In this document: positions 1 to 10,367 of the stretch, piece after piece
Layout of the letters: every line of letters starts with the position of its first letter
Numbering within the stretch: the first letter of the stretch is position 1
Assembly (NCBI GenBank): GCA_000146045.2
Contig: BK006936.2
Span: forward strand, 640,001 to 704,000
Length of the DNA stretch: 64,000 nucleotides
Reading direction: 5' to 3'
Source: TPA_inf: Saccharomyces
Lineage: Eukaryota
Notes under the pieces: generated by a model
What the model was told of the DNA's origin: nothing
Databases searched by the model: none
What the model saw: only the letters and a program-made list of their open reading frames with translations
Position numbers and translations under genes: made by a program

Positions 1-2210
1 GAAGGACCAACAAAGGTAATGCCAGCACTGGTGCACGCATCAGAAAAATCCGCATTTTCCGACAAGAAACCATAACCAGGAATAATGGCCTGTGCATTAG
101 TTTGCTTAGCGGCATCTATGATCTTATTCATGTCTAAATAAGTTTGGGCTGCGGTTGTGCCATGAAGGGGTACAGAAACATCTGCATCAGTAACGTGTTG
201 AGAATATTTATCAGGGTCGGAATAAACTGCAACTGATCTAATACCCAATTTTTTTAATGTCTTGATAATACGAACGGCAATTTCACCTCTATTGGCAATT
301 AACACGGTATCAAATAACTTCTTCTTTTGGGACTCTTTTTTCTTCAACATTTCAAAATATGCTCTAAATCCACCATACTTTGTGATATCAACTGTACCTT
401 TGGCTTTGTAACCAGATTCTTCACAAATAAAGGATTTGATCCATTCACCAGATTCTAACTCCACTGAACCTATTCCTAATGGTTCAGGAACCATGGAAAT
501 AAAAGCACCGAACAGTTCTTTTGGAACACTGTACACTTCTAATTCGATTTGAGAGCCATTGCTATCTTGAACTCTTCTCAAACCAGGTTTTAAAACTGGT
601 CCATTTTTGGGCAAAGCAAAAAGCTGGTAAGCTTTTGATGTTTTTGTTGTACATAAATATGTTGCATTGACCTTTTCCAATTGCCAATGTAGAGGCAGAC
701 CCTTAAGATGTGCACCGACAACAGCCAATTTTATGGACGTAGATGGGTCATAGTCTGGTCCCACTAATTGATCGTTTGCTGGCTTTACTGAAGAAGAGGT
801 AAAAGTACCGTATGTTCTGGAACCGTTGGGGAATATATTTTGGAAATAGCGGTTAGCCAACTCTAATAGTGCGTAATCTGTGAATTTTTTACCGATTAAA
901 GTAATACCATTTGGCAAACCATCGTCTCGGAACCCTGCGGGAACAGCAAGGGCTGCCAAATCTGCCAAGTTGACAAAATTAGTCCATGTGCCTTGTCTTG
1001 AATTGACTAGGACTGGTTCATCCGCAACTTGTTGCATAGTAGGATTTAAAGGACATGTGGGCACACACAATACATCGACTGATTCGAGAAGTCGTCTCAC
1101 TTTTTGCAAGATGCCTTGTCTTTTGTATTCAAAACTGAAGCAGTCTACTGCACTGTATTTCTTGGCCCCTTCTATAATTGAAATAACAGTAGGGTCCAAA
1201 GATTCCTTTGGTGGTTTACTGTCCAAAAACGATTGAATAGCTTGATAACGCTCGGCCACCCAAGTACCTTCGTATAAACAGCGAGCTAACTCTAAAAGAG
1301 GCTCAAAATCAATTTCTATGACGTTAGCGCCCGTTCTTGATAGATTTTCGACAGCATTGGAAAACAGTACAGGATTCTTGGTTTCACCATACCATGGGAT
1401 ATTTTTAGGAATAGCAATCGTTACATTGCTTGAAAATTTTTTCAAAGGGTTGGAAACATAGGGTCTAGAATATTCATCATTATCAGGATCTGGCTGGCAC
1501 ATGATGCGGAAGCAGCGTTCAGCATCACTTAGGTTTAATGCAAAGATGGAGACGCAGTCTAAAGATTTACAAGCGGGAACTACACCTTGACAGGAAAAGA
1601 CGCCCTTTGTTGGCTTTAGGCCAATCAGGTTGTTCAAGGCGGCTGGGACTCTACCAGAACCTGCTGTATCAGTACCCAATGCAATTGGTACGATACCTCT
1701 GGCGACCACCGATGCTGACCCAGCGGAGGAACCACCAGATACATGCTCTTTGCTAAAAGCGCAAGGTGTTTTCCCATATGGAGACCGTGTGCCGACTAAT
1801 CCTGTGGCAAATTGGTCCAAGTTTGTCTTACCCACGATTATCGCACCTGCATTTCTTAGTAGTTCTACTACTTTAGAGTCTTTGGAAGGCTCATATGCAA
1901 AGGATGGACATGCAGCGGTGGTGGGTAGACCTCTAACGTCGATGTTGTCCTTAACAGCAATAGGGACACCGTAGAGAGGTAGAGTTTCTTTATTTTCTCT
2001 GCTCTTTAAAATTTGGAATTGGTGCAGTAAATTTTCCTTTGAAATTAGCGATATCCACGCATTATCGACTGGCGCAACATTTTGAGAGTCTAGTAGTGAT
2101 TCAAGAAGCCTTAGTGAAGCCTGGGAGCTTGATGACTTGTGGAAATCAATCCAGTCTTGGATTGACCAACCTAACGATATTTCAGCAGTTGTATCGGAAC
2201 TAACTGTCAT
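1..2210 (-). CDS. DUR1,2: Urea amidolyase (allophanate hydrolase plus urea carboxylase), N-terminal part; CDS runs off the left edge
   Basis: The reverse strand translates from ATG at 2208-2210 as [15 protein letters not shown]. It continues through an amidase-signature domain into a biotin-carboxylase ATP-grasp region. Positions 1-90 read [30 protein letters not shown], with no stop in this frame across 1-2210. It matches my recollection of the DUR1,2 N-terminus. The ORF track omits it because it touches the window edge. Confidence 0.85.
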   Translation of the reverse strand, partial: [736 protein letters not shown]

Positions 2211-2582
2211 TTTTTAATCAAAACTGAAATTTATTGTGACTATAAAAAAGATATTTCTATTTTTTATCTTTTATATTAATGTAAATTGAAATTTGGTGTA
2301 TATCAGCTGCTCCACTGATATATTAATATAAGCTTATAAAAACTTGAGCCTATATGATCCTAGAAAAAAAAAGCTTAGCTAAGAGAGCCTGATATTCAGA
2401 AGTGAGCGAGTATACAAATCTCACACCTCATCTGCTCTAGTGTTTAAATACAAACATTCAATTTCCAACAACGTCTAACAAAGCTCGATTCAAATTAAGA
2501 AGCAGGAAAAAGCAAAACATCTGCGTGTCTTATCTCAATGGCTTGCGCTAACTGCGAACAGAGTGCCCTATGAAATAGGGGA

Positions 2583-2900
2583 ATGAACGCATATTGGTTT
2601 CATTATAGAGCGTCAATCAAGAAAGAGGCACCAAACTATAAACGCACATTTCTCGGTAGGGCTAGGAACGCTTTCCTGCTTATCTTATCTGAAGCTTATT
2701 TATTGTTCGTTTTTTTATCTTATCTGATAAGGGGAAAAAGCCTGGAAAAGCGCGTAAATGATGAGGCGAAATGCAGCCAAAGATGCGTGCCGTTGCAGTT
2801 AGCTAACAACCTGGCGTTCGGCGATCGCCATAAGAGATCTGCCAATTTTAAAAAGGGTATTGCCAATACACATAGTAGCCTTATCTGCAGCAAGCCATAG
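2583..2900 (+). CDS. Small 105-aa ORF, probably non-functional (position of dubious ORF YBR209W)
   Basis: 105-codon ORF in the promoter region between DUR1,2 and tRNA-Cys. It has no recognisable domain and low-complexity composition. The length matches the annotated dubious ORF as I recall it. Confidence 0.15.
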   Translation: MNAYWFHYRASIKKEAPNYKRTFLGRARNAFLLILSEAYLLFVFLSYLIRGKSLEKRVNDEAKCSQRCVPLQLANNLAFGDRHKRSANFKKGIANTHSSLICSKP

Positions 2901-2993
2901 GACTAATGTGTTCGACGTCGTTGGGGAAAAAAAGCAAAGAACATGTTGCCTTTGAGGAGACTGCAGCAAGAAAAAAAGTTCAATAAGGATTGC

Positions 2994-3004
2994 AAAAAAA
3001 AAAA
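2994..3004 (-). terminator. Pol III terminator (T11 on the transcribed strand) 2 nt downstream of tRNA-Cys
   Basis: An A11 run on the + strand (2994-3004) gives a T11 run immediately 3' of the tRNA on the - strand. Confidence 0.8.
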
Positions 3005-3006
3005 GA

Positions 3007-3078
3007 AGCTCGCACTCAGGATCGAACTAAGGACCAACAGATTTGCAATCTGCTGCGCTACCACTGCGCCATACGAGC
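3007..3078 (-). tRNA. tC(GCA): tRNA-Cys (anticodon GCA)
   Basis: The reverse complement reads GCTCGTATGGCGCAGTGGTAGCGCAGCAGATTGCAAATCTGTTGGTCCTTAGTTCGATCCTGAGTGCGAGCT, which folds as a cloverleaf. The anticodon loop is TTGCAAA with GCA at positions 34-36. The B-box is GGTTCGATCC-like (GTTCGATCC). It matches yeast tRNA-Cys from memory, and 72 nt with no intron. Confidence 0.9.
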
Positions 3079-3252
3079 TTTCTATTACATGTGGGAAGAC
3101 TAATATAGATAGTATAGTCAATTATACGAAGTAGTGCCAGCCCCACATATAAGAGAACGGTGGAATATTTGAACTGTATGCAAAGAAGTTTCAGCGGGGA
3201 CCTTTATTTTAGAAAAAGCGAATAAATGTCGCTCATTTGTTTAAACGGTATT

Positions 3253-3487
3253 TGTTGGACTGAGGGTTGCTTCCATACGGAAATGCTAACGAAGAGGATG
3301 TGCTGAATTTTGCTATGTTTGGAATGGGCTCCTCCATCTGGGAATGATAATCATTTTTATTATTGTGTGTTCAAATACACTTACACATCTGTTTTTTCGT
3401 GGTAAGGAATCCGAGAATCACATGAGGTTTGGGATAGTTGCTGGCAATCAATGAATGACATCAGATAAAACGAAAGGAGAAATAATA
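3253..3487 (+). mobile_element. Solo Ty1/Ty2 delta LTR, 5' portion; diverged, and interrupted by a nested LTR insertion at 3488
   Basis: It starts with the LTR terminus TGTTGG. The block ending at 3487 (GGCAATCAATGAATGACATCAGATAAAACGAAAGGAGAAATAATA) aligns with the delta consensus GGATCAATGAATATAAACATATAAAACGGAATGAGGAATAATCG. The continuation of the same delta resumes after 3858. Confidence 0.6.
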
Positions 3488-3858
3488 TGTTGATAATTAG
3501 AGGTTAAAAATTAGTATTAATGAAGAAATAATTACTGATCTTCTTATACTAAATAAGAGAGGTATATAAAACACACGCCGATTGGTCATATTAATCATGA
3601 CCAATATAATAGTGATTCCGGTAGTTACTATACATTGATGTGACGACTCATATTCCTCATATATGTACCTACCATAACATGTTCAACTAATAGGTCTTTA
3701 ACACAGCTTCAGTATTGTCTGAGCTTCTCGTTTAACATTCCTTCTGCAATAGGCGCAATCACACTTAAACGTATACGAGTTGTACATTAATATACGATGT
3801 AAGCATTGAATTGTTACCATAGCAACTCATGTCACTATTAATTACTCTCGTTCCAACA
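3488..3858 (+). mobile_element. 371-bp solo LTR, probably tau (Ty4 LTR), inserted inside a delta element
   Basis: It starts TGTTG and ends CAACA, the inverted termini of yeast Ty LTRs. Its length is exactly 371 bp, the tau size (delta is about 334, sigma about 340, Ty5 LTR about 251). It is flanked by a perfect 5-bp direct repeat TAATA (3483-3487 and 3859-3863), as expected for a Ty integration target-site duplication. It lies about 400-800 bp upstream of a Pol III gene. I cannot recall the tau consensus well enough to confirm the family by sequence. Confidence 0.55.
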
Positions 3859-4003
3859 TAATATTATTATGGAGTAATATCTATTCCCTTTCGTGGATTC
3901 CAAGATTCTCGAGGTATATTTCCAGTATATTTTGTATACCTGATATTATAGCCTTTAGCAACAACGAAATCAACATTTATCTCAAATTTCACCTGTTTCT
4001 CAT
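3859..4003 (+). mobile_element. Solo delta LTR, 3' portion; continuation of 3253-3487
   Basis: TATAGCCTTTAGCAACAACGAAATCAACATTTATCTCAAATTTCACCTGTTTCTCA aligns with the delta 3' end TATAGCCTTTATCAACAATGGAATCCCAACAATTATCTCAACATTCACCCATTTCTCA. The upstream part TAATATTATTATGGAGTAATATCTATTCC matches TAATATTAGTATGTAGAAATATAGATTCC. Confidence 0.65.
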
Positions 4004-4363
4004 TTTTAAGCGCCTAGCCCATCTAATCATCTTAACTATTCATCAGGGAAAATTAATATACATTGTGCTCTTAATGTTTCGAAAAATAATCAAAATCAAT
4101 AGAAATAGCGTTTTGCTACTAACAAAGCCCTTTGATCCAAAGTTGGCTTCTGAGAACTTAACATTTCAGTAGAACAAGCCTCAAGCTTAAATGAAGAATG
4201 GCAAAGTAAATGAGACCTCTCTCTCCATATTTTGCTCAGAGCCTGTTAAGGAAAACAACACCGCACATTAGTGTGAAAAACTTTCCCCGCAAGCTGTTGG
4301 AAGATGAATCATTTATTATCTTTTGACTGTTAGCTACATTACTAGCTGTTATCAATCTCTCAG

Positions 4364-4602
4364 ACGATTATATGAATATTGAGATAGTTGTTGGGATTAA
4401 CTTATTGTTAGAGGCTATAGCATCAGATATACAAAATAAAATAAAAAGTTCTCCTCCAAGATATAGTGTAATCGATATTTCGATGTAATGCCATCATTAT
4501 TTCTTCTATTTTATGTATTCCTATTGTCCTCTAACATTGTATCTGATAATATTCTAGTAATAGGATTACCATCACTAAATGATAGTTAATTCTCATTCCA
4601 AA
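4364..4602 (-). mobile_element. Solo delta LTR in inverted orientation; diverged or internally deleted
   Basis: TGAATATTGAGATAGTTGTTGGGATT...AAGTTCTCCTCCAAGATATAG...ATTCTAGTAATAGGATTACCATCACTAAATGATAGTTAATTCTCATTCCAAAA aligns with the reverse complement of delta (TGAATGTTGAGATAATTGTTGGGATTCC...AAGTTCTCCTCGAGGATATAG...ATACTAGTTAGTAGATGATAGTTGATTTCTATTCCAACA). It is about 240 bp, so shorter than a full delta. Confidence 0.6.
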
Positions 4603-5166
4603 ACCGACTCCTGTCAATATTGAGGACCCATTTATTCCAACGGTCCAAATCCCCAATATTCCCTGCTCGGCAAGAAGTTAGAAAACATATCTTTCGTGCT
4701 CTTGCAGGCTTGCTGTATTATCATAACCGAAGGATGACCAACTTTGATCACCCCAGGTGGCAAAAACATAATACATGGTGGTGGTGTCGTTGTAAAAATC
4801 ATCTTCTTTGGGTGTGTATAGGATCCCATCCAACACACGTGTTAAAATGACATCAGGTATCAATGCTAATCCGTCGTCACTGACAATAAGCTGAGTTGAC
4901 ATCACCTGATGATGTGAAATAGTAGCAAGAGAACTAGGGTAAGGTTCATGCTGGTTGTTTTCCTATGATGACCAACCTTTGGAATTGGGTAATTCTAGGT
5001 GTAGCCTGCTAGCCATCAAACGAGACCTTTCAAAATCTTCAGTCATTACATTTTCTTCTGTAAATAGGGAAAAAAGCCTTTAGCTAGGATTGTTCGGCAA
5101 TAGAAAGCCCTCCAGTTTAAACTTGACATAGAAAATCTTTAAGGTTAAATCAAACATAAGTTATTA

Positions 5167-5238
5167 TCCGATATAGTGTAACGGCTATCACATCACGCTT
5201 TCACCGTGGAGACCGGGGTTCGACTCCCCGTATCGGAG
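5167..5238 (+). tRNA. tE(UUC): tRNA-Glu (anticodon UUC)
   Basis: TCCGATATAGTGTAACGGCTATCACATCACGCTTTCACCGTGGAGACCGGGGTTCGACTCCCCGTATCGGAG. The anticodon loop is CTTTCAC with TTC in the anticodon position. The A-box and B-box (GGTTCGACTCC) are present. It matches yeast tRNA-Glu(UUC) from memory. A T6 terminator at 5243-5248 lies directly downstream. Confidence 0.92.
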
Positions 5239-5242
5239 TTAT

Positions 5243-5248
5243 TTTTTG
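5243..5248 (+). terminator. Pol III terminator T-run after tRNA-Glu
   Basis: TTATTTTTTGTTTC immediately 3' of the tRNA. Confidence 0.75.
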
Positions 5249-5549
5249 TTTCTATACCATTATTTTTCTTGAATGTTGCATTATGATAGTATAGTTTTGC
5301 TATACAAACTTCAATTCTCAAAACACAGTACGTCTAGCTCACTACTACTCTCTCTAATTCAAAATCGTTCACTTCTATCGAAAGCTGTGATAATTTGGAA
5401 ATATTGTCGTGGGCCACGAATGATTTTTCAATTACATTGCTAAATACGAAGACATTAATACCTTTATTCATATAAGCACTTTCATTATCATTTTTTACTA
5501 AAGATAAAACTAACTGCAGGCACCAAGAAGTTCGAAGCCAAGAGTAAAG

Positions 5550-5978
5550 ATGTCAGGAACCGGATTATCGCTATTCGTGACGGGTCTTATACTGAATTGT
5601 TTGAATTCCATTTGCCAGATATACTTTACTATATTATATGGTGATCTTGAAGCAGACTATATCAACTCAATCGAACTGTGTAAGAGGGTGAATAGGTTGA
5701 GTGTACCAGAGGCAATTCTACAAGCTTTCATTTCTGCATTGTTTCTTTTTAACGGGTACTGGTTCGTATTTCTCTTGAATGTCCCTGTTCTAGCATATAA
5801 CGCAAGTAAAGTCTACAAGAAAACACATCTACTGGACGCCACGGATATTTTCAGAAAATTGGGTAGATGCAAAATTGAATGCTTTTTAAAATTGGGATTT
5901 TACCTTCTCATATTCTTTTTCTACTTCTACAGAATGGTCACAGCGTTACTTGAAAATGATGCAAATTTGATAAGCTAA
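5550..5978 (+). CDS. ERV15: Cornichon-family ER export cargo receptor, 142 aa
   Basis: 142-aa ORF with three predicted transmembrane segments and a cornichon-like sequence ([12 protein letters not shown]...). It lies between tE(UUC) and AME1, as YBR210W does. Confidence 0.8.
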   Translation: MSGTGLSLFVTGLILNCLNSICQIYFTILYGDLEADYINSIELCKRVNRLSVPEAILQAFISALFLFNGYWFVFLLNVPVLAYNASKVYKKTHLLDATDIFRKLGRCKIECFLKLGFYLLIFFFYFYRMVTALLENDANLIS

Positions 5979-6082
5979 TAGCGACAACAGGAAAAAAAAA
6001 GAGAGATTTGTGCATATCTATGAAGTATGTCTACCACATAAAAATGACCTTATAACACAACTTCCTTAGTATGGAAGTAATA

Positions 6083-6103
6083 CATATATACATATATACA
6101 TAT

Positions 6104-6140
<37 letters not shown>
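6083..6140. repeat. Compound (TA)n/(ACATAT)n microsatellite in the ERV15-AME1 convergent 3' intergenic region
   Basis: ACATATATACATATATACATATATACATACATATATATATATATATATATATATACA seen directly. Confidence 0.9.
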
Positions 6141-6142
<2 letters not shown>

Positions 6143-6157
6143 TTTTGAACCAATTCC

Positions 6158-7132
6158 CTATAGACTTGGTTGTAATTCGTTAGAAAGATTTTCATTAATT
6201 TTATTTATCTTTTTCAGAAGTCCGTTATATGGATCCATCAAGTCTACGAAATGTGCAATATCCAGAATATTTGAGTCATCCCGTATTGAATCGTCCTCGC
6301 TATCTTGGCTCATAATTTTGCGATCTCCCTCGTATTTGCCTAGCAAAGTAGAAGTCAAATCATTTAGCCTCTTATTTAGCTTCACTTTGTCGTTCAGTTT
6401 GGCTTGTTCATTTTGTAAGTCATGCCAGTCTTTACCGGCTTTCAACTCTTGAATTTCATTTCGTACCGATATTATCTGCTGGTTCAAATCTTCTTTTCGA
6501 GCAAGTACCTGCTTCAGTTGGTAGCAGAGCTCATTATTCGACACGTTGATATCTAATATGTCTTTCAAGTCTCTGGTCATTTGGTCTGATATCGTTTGAA
6601 AGAGTCGCAGATCTAATTTGTACAATAGTTTCCTAAATTGATCATCATCACTTTTATTGAAATCCTTCAAAGCTTGCGGAATCAAATCATTTTCAAATAA
6701 GTTTATGAATAAAGAAGATAAAACATCAATTGTGGTCACAGAAGTGATAGACGATGATAGCTGTCTAATGGGTATATCATCGAAATTGTAACGAGTAGTA
6801 AGGTCTTCATCATTTCTAACATTTTGCGGCGATTCGCTTATAAGACTTTTATTTTCAGAGTCGATCATGGGATAGTCTTCTGCATCCAAGGGCTGATACC
6901 CATGTTCATGACGGTCCTGCGCATTTACGTTATTAGTGGTAATAGGAAACTCGAAAGAATTCGCAAGTTTTGGTGAAGACAAAATGGGTTGAACAGGAGA
7001 TTGAATAGGTGAGTTCTCCTCTCTATAAACAGCATTTGGCGTCTTAAATACAATAACATCATCATCTATATCGTCTGTCCTTCTTGAATGACTGCCCCTC
7101 AGCCTAAAAGCTAATTTAGTGTCTCTATCCAT
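6158..7132 (-). CDS. AME1: Kinetochore COMA-complex subunit, 324 aa
   Basis: ORF frame 6158-7231; the ATG at 7130-7132 gives [18 protein letters not shown]..., 324 aa. The coiled-coil C-terminal half matches AME1/YBR211C from memory. The ORF-track start is 33 codons further upstream and is probably not used. Confidence 0.8.
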
Positions 7133-7885
7133 ACTGAGGTTTTTCTTTAAATGAACACGCAAATAGTCAAGACAATACAGAGCAACACAGGACACGTAAA
7201 AAAATGAGAGCAATCGCTTCTTATACTGCAACGATGTTGACCCTTGCCATAATAGCTAATGAAATCAATCATTATCATTTCTACTAGTCCTTTAACAATA
7301 TTTGGATACACCATTAAATTTCTCCGTACAACACGATAAAATATTTTCTACCAGCTTCAAACGGCTGTGAAGGGGCGATAGTGCCGTTCCAAAAAGCGTT
7401 CCCCAAACTTGTATTCAAGACCAAATCTTAGTCAAGCAAGCAGTTTCGCACCTTCATACACTCCATTAAAAGTGAAAATAAGCATATTTGTAATTAAATC
7501 TGGTTATCATACCCTGTTCCCTTTAGAACCAATATACATAGACGCAGTCGACAAAGAAGCAATAAAAGAGATTACCATTCTTATTCACTATTTTTTTTTT
7601 TCTCTGACTCTTCATAGTTGTACGGAAAACCATCTGCGTGTTATATCCTAGTTCCAAATATTCTGATTTCTCGTGATCGAATCTGTTATATTGTCATATA
7701 TTGTAATTCCATTTTTTTCCCGGTTCATTTTTTGATATTCTCTTCCTGTTCCAATATTAATAAAGGAGGCTTTTTTCTTTCCCTTTCGTTCTGATTTATA
7801 TTGTTTTTACTATTATTGGATCTTTTAAATATTACAGCTTTTTCATATCCTTCGCCATCGATTTTTGCCTGAAAAATTTACACAA

Positions 7886-9337
7886 ATGATGTCTAACGTT
7901 GCTAACGCCTCCCAAAGACAGGAAAATCCATATATTATTCCATTGCCTCCTTCATCCACAGTGGAAACTTCTACTGAACCCCCAAGAACGTTATGGATGG
8001 GAGATTTGGATCCGTCCTTCGACGAGGCCACGATTGAGGAGATATGGTCAAAACTGGATAAAAAAGTTATCGTTAAACTAATTAGAGCCAAAAAAAATTT
8101 GTTGATTCCTTGTAGCTCCACCTCAAGTAGTAATAACAACACAAGTGAGGAGAATGCTGAAAACCAGCAATCTGCATCAAACAGCACTGATCAGTTAGAT
8201 AATTCCCAAATGATTAATATTAATGGAATATCCTTCATTGATCCTTCCACTACTCAATTACATCATGCCGGATACTGTTTTGTCGAATTTGAAACTCAAA
8301 AGGACGCTAAATTTGCCCTGTCATTAAATGCTACACCTTTACCTAATTTTTATTCCCCAACAACTAACTCCCAAACTAATCCAACGTTCAAAAGGACTTT
8401 CAGATTGAATTGGGCGTCTGGAGCTACTTTACAAAGTTCTATACCATCTACCCCAGAATTTTCCTTGTTTGTTGGTGATCTTTCTCCCACCGCCACTGAA
8501 GCTGATTTGTTATCTCTTTTCCAAACGAGGTTCAAATCTGTTAAAACCGTCCGCGTGATGACTGACCCTTTAACAGGATCATCTCGTTGTTTTGGATTTG
8601 TCAGATTCGGTGATGAAGATGAGCGCCGCAGGGCACTGATTGAGATGAGTGGGAAATGGTTTCAAGGAAGGGCCTTAAGAGTCGCTTATGCCACGCCAAG
8701 AAATAATATGATGCTGCAGTTACAGGAACAACAACAACAGCAACAACAATTGCAGCAACAGCATCAGCAGCTAGATCAGGAGGATAATAATGGCCCTCTC
8801 TTGATTAAGACTGCAAATAATCTCATTCAAAACAATAGCAACATGCTTCCTCTCAATGCCTTGCATAACGCGCCTCCAATGCATTTGAATGAGGGCGGCA
8901 TTTCAAACATGCGTGTAAATGATTCACTACCTTCAAACACCTATAATACAGACCCCACTAATACTACTGTTTTTGTGGGAGGACTGGTACCAAAAACTAC
9001 CGAATTTCAATTACGTTCACTATTCAAACCCTTTGGACCCATTCTAAATGTCAGGATTCCCAATGGTAAAAACTGTGGGTTTGTTAAATTCGAGAAGAGG
9101 ATTGATGCTGAAGCTTCAATACAAGGCCTGCAAGGCTTTATTGTGGGCGGCAGTCCAATAAGATTATCATGGGGACGCCCATCCAGTTCAAATGCTAAAA
9201 CAAATTCGACCATCATGGGGGCAAGCCAATATATGTCCTCAAATGGCCTGAGAGCGCCATCTGCGGCTTCTTCAGTCGATAACTCCAAACAAATTCTTGA
9301 ACAATATGCGGAAGATAAAAGGCGACTCTTTTTACAT

Positions 9338-9370
<33 letters not shown>

Positions 9371-9904
9371 GATGGTAACTTTTCTATGGAGCAAATGGCG
9401 CACAACAACTATTACAACTACAATAATTACGATTATCACAGGAACAAGAATGGCAGCCATAGCGACCTCGTTAATCTGCAGAGATCTAATGTCCCGTATA
9501 TGCAAGAAGACGGTGCACTGTACCCACACCAATATTCAAGTCCCTCATACTCGCTCCATCCGACGGGCAACCAATTCTCCAATGCTACTAATAACTTACC
9601 TCAATTTGGGAACGCGATGTCAATTTCTATGCAACTGCCCAATGGCAACAGCAATAAAACGGCCTCAAGCATGAACACAAACCCTAACACAAACATGATC
9701 ATGAATTCTAACATGAACATGAACATGAACGTAAATCCAGTACCATACGGAATGGGAAACGGTGCAAATATGTATGACGTGTCCAGGATGATGACTCCTC
9801 CCTTAAATATAGCCCCGAATTCCAATAATTCGAAATCGAGCATCATGAACAAGCATCCTAATAGGAACAATGTTCCGCCAATTCATCCTTCTCTTCTACA
9901 TTGA
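7886..9904 (+). CDS. NGR1: RNA-binding protein with three RRMs and Q/N/M-rich low-complexity regions, 672 aa
   Basis: ATG at 7886 gives MMSNVANASQRQENPYIIPL... (672 aa). The ORF-track start at 7865 is a TTG. RRM motifs are present (LWMGDL, CFGFVRFGDEDE, KNCGFVKFEKRIDAE). There is a polyQ run from a (CAG)n tract and an N/M-rich tail (NMNMNMNVNP). Confidence 0.85.
9338..9370 (+). repeat. (CAG)9-CAA-CAG trinucleotide repeat encoding a Q11 tract inside NGR1
   Basis: catcagcagcagcagcagcagcagcagcagcaacag seen directly. A second, imperfect CAA/CAG tract lies at about 8725-8790. Confidence 0.95.
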
Positions 9905-10246
9905 TTACAAAAGACAAAAAAAGAAAATTTTAATCTTGTCCGCAGTTTTATCTGCGTCTCTACGTTCTTACGTTTCTTCTATTAATGCCATTTCAGTTAC
10001 AACCTAGTCAATTGTCGATCCATAATTCTAATCAAATTTGTTTTTCCTCTATACTACCTATCTATTTTTATCTATCTAAGTACATTTATTTACTCAAACA
10101 GTTCCGTTTCAAAGTGTTTTATATTAACTATATATGCGAAAAGCTGGCGTCATAATTTCACGTGTTATAATAGCCATGCTGACGGAAAAAAAATGTGAAA
10201 ATCGCTACAAAGTCCGATGACTACGGGCAGTAGCATGTAAATGATG

Positions 10247-10277
10247 GACACACACACACACATATATATATATATAC
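10247..10277. repeat. (CA)6(TA)7 dinucleotide microsatellite in the MET8 promoter region
   Basis: acacacacacacacatatatatatatatac seen directly. Confidence 0.9.
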
Positions 10278-10367
10278 ATTTACTTCAATAAAAGGCTGTG
10301 CCAGACATTTTTGCCATACATTGTTCATGAAGTGTGCAAAATAAGAGAGTGTATAATAGGATAAAAA

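Noticed and set aside
880-1974. 118-aa, 72-aa and 114-aa + strand ORFs at the left end
   Set aside because: All lie antisense within the DUR1,2 coding region, whose reverse-strand frame is open across the whole interval.
7865-7885. N-terminal extensions proposed by the ORF track for NGR1, AME1 (7133-7231), PDB1 (26254-26310), PCS60 (28352-28411), DAD3 (44947-44976), YBR238C (57303-57359) and ERT1 (59944-59946)
   Set aside because: For NGR1, DAD3 and ERT1 the upstream start codon is TTG or GTG, confirmed by reading the sequence. The other four upstream starts I did not verify. In every case the first ATG that reproduces the protein N-terminus I recall lies downstream.
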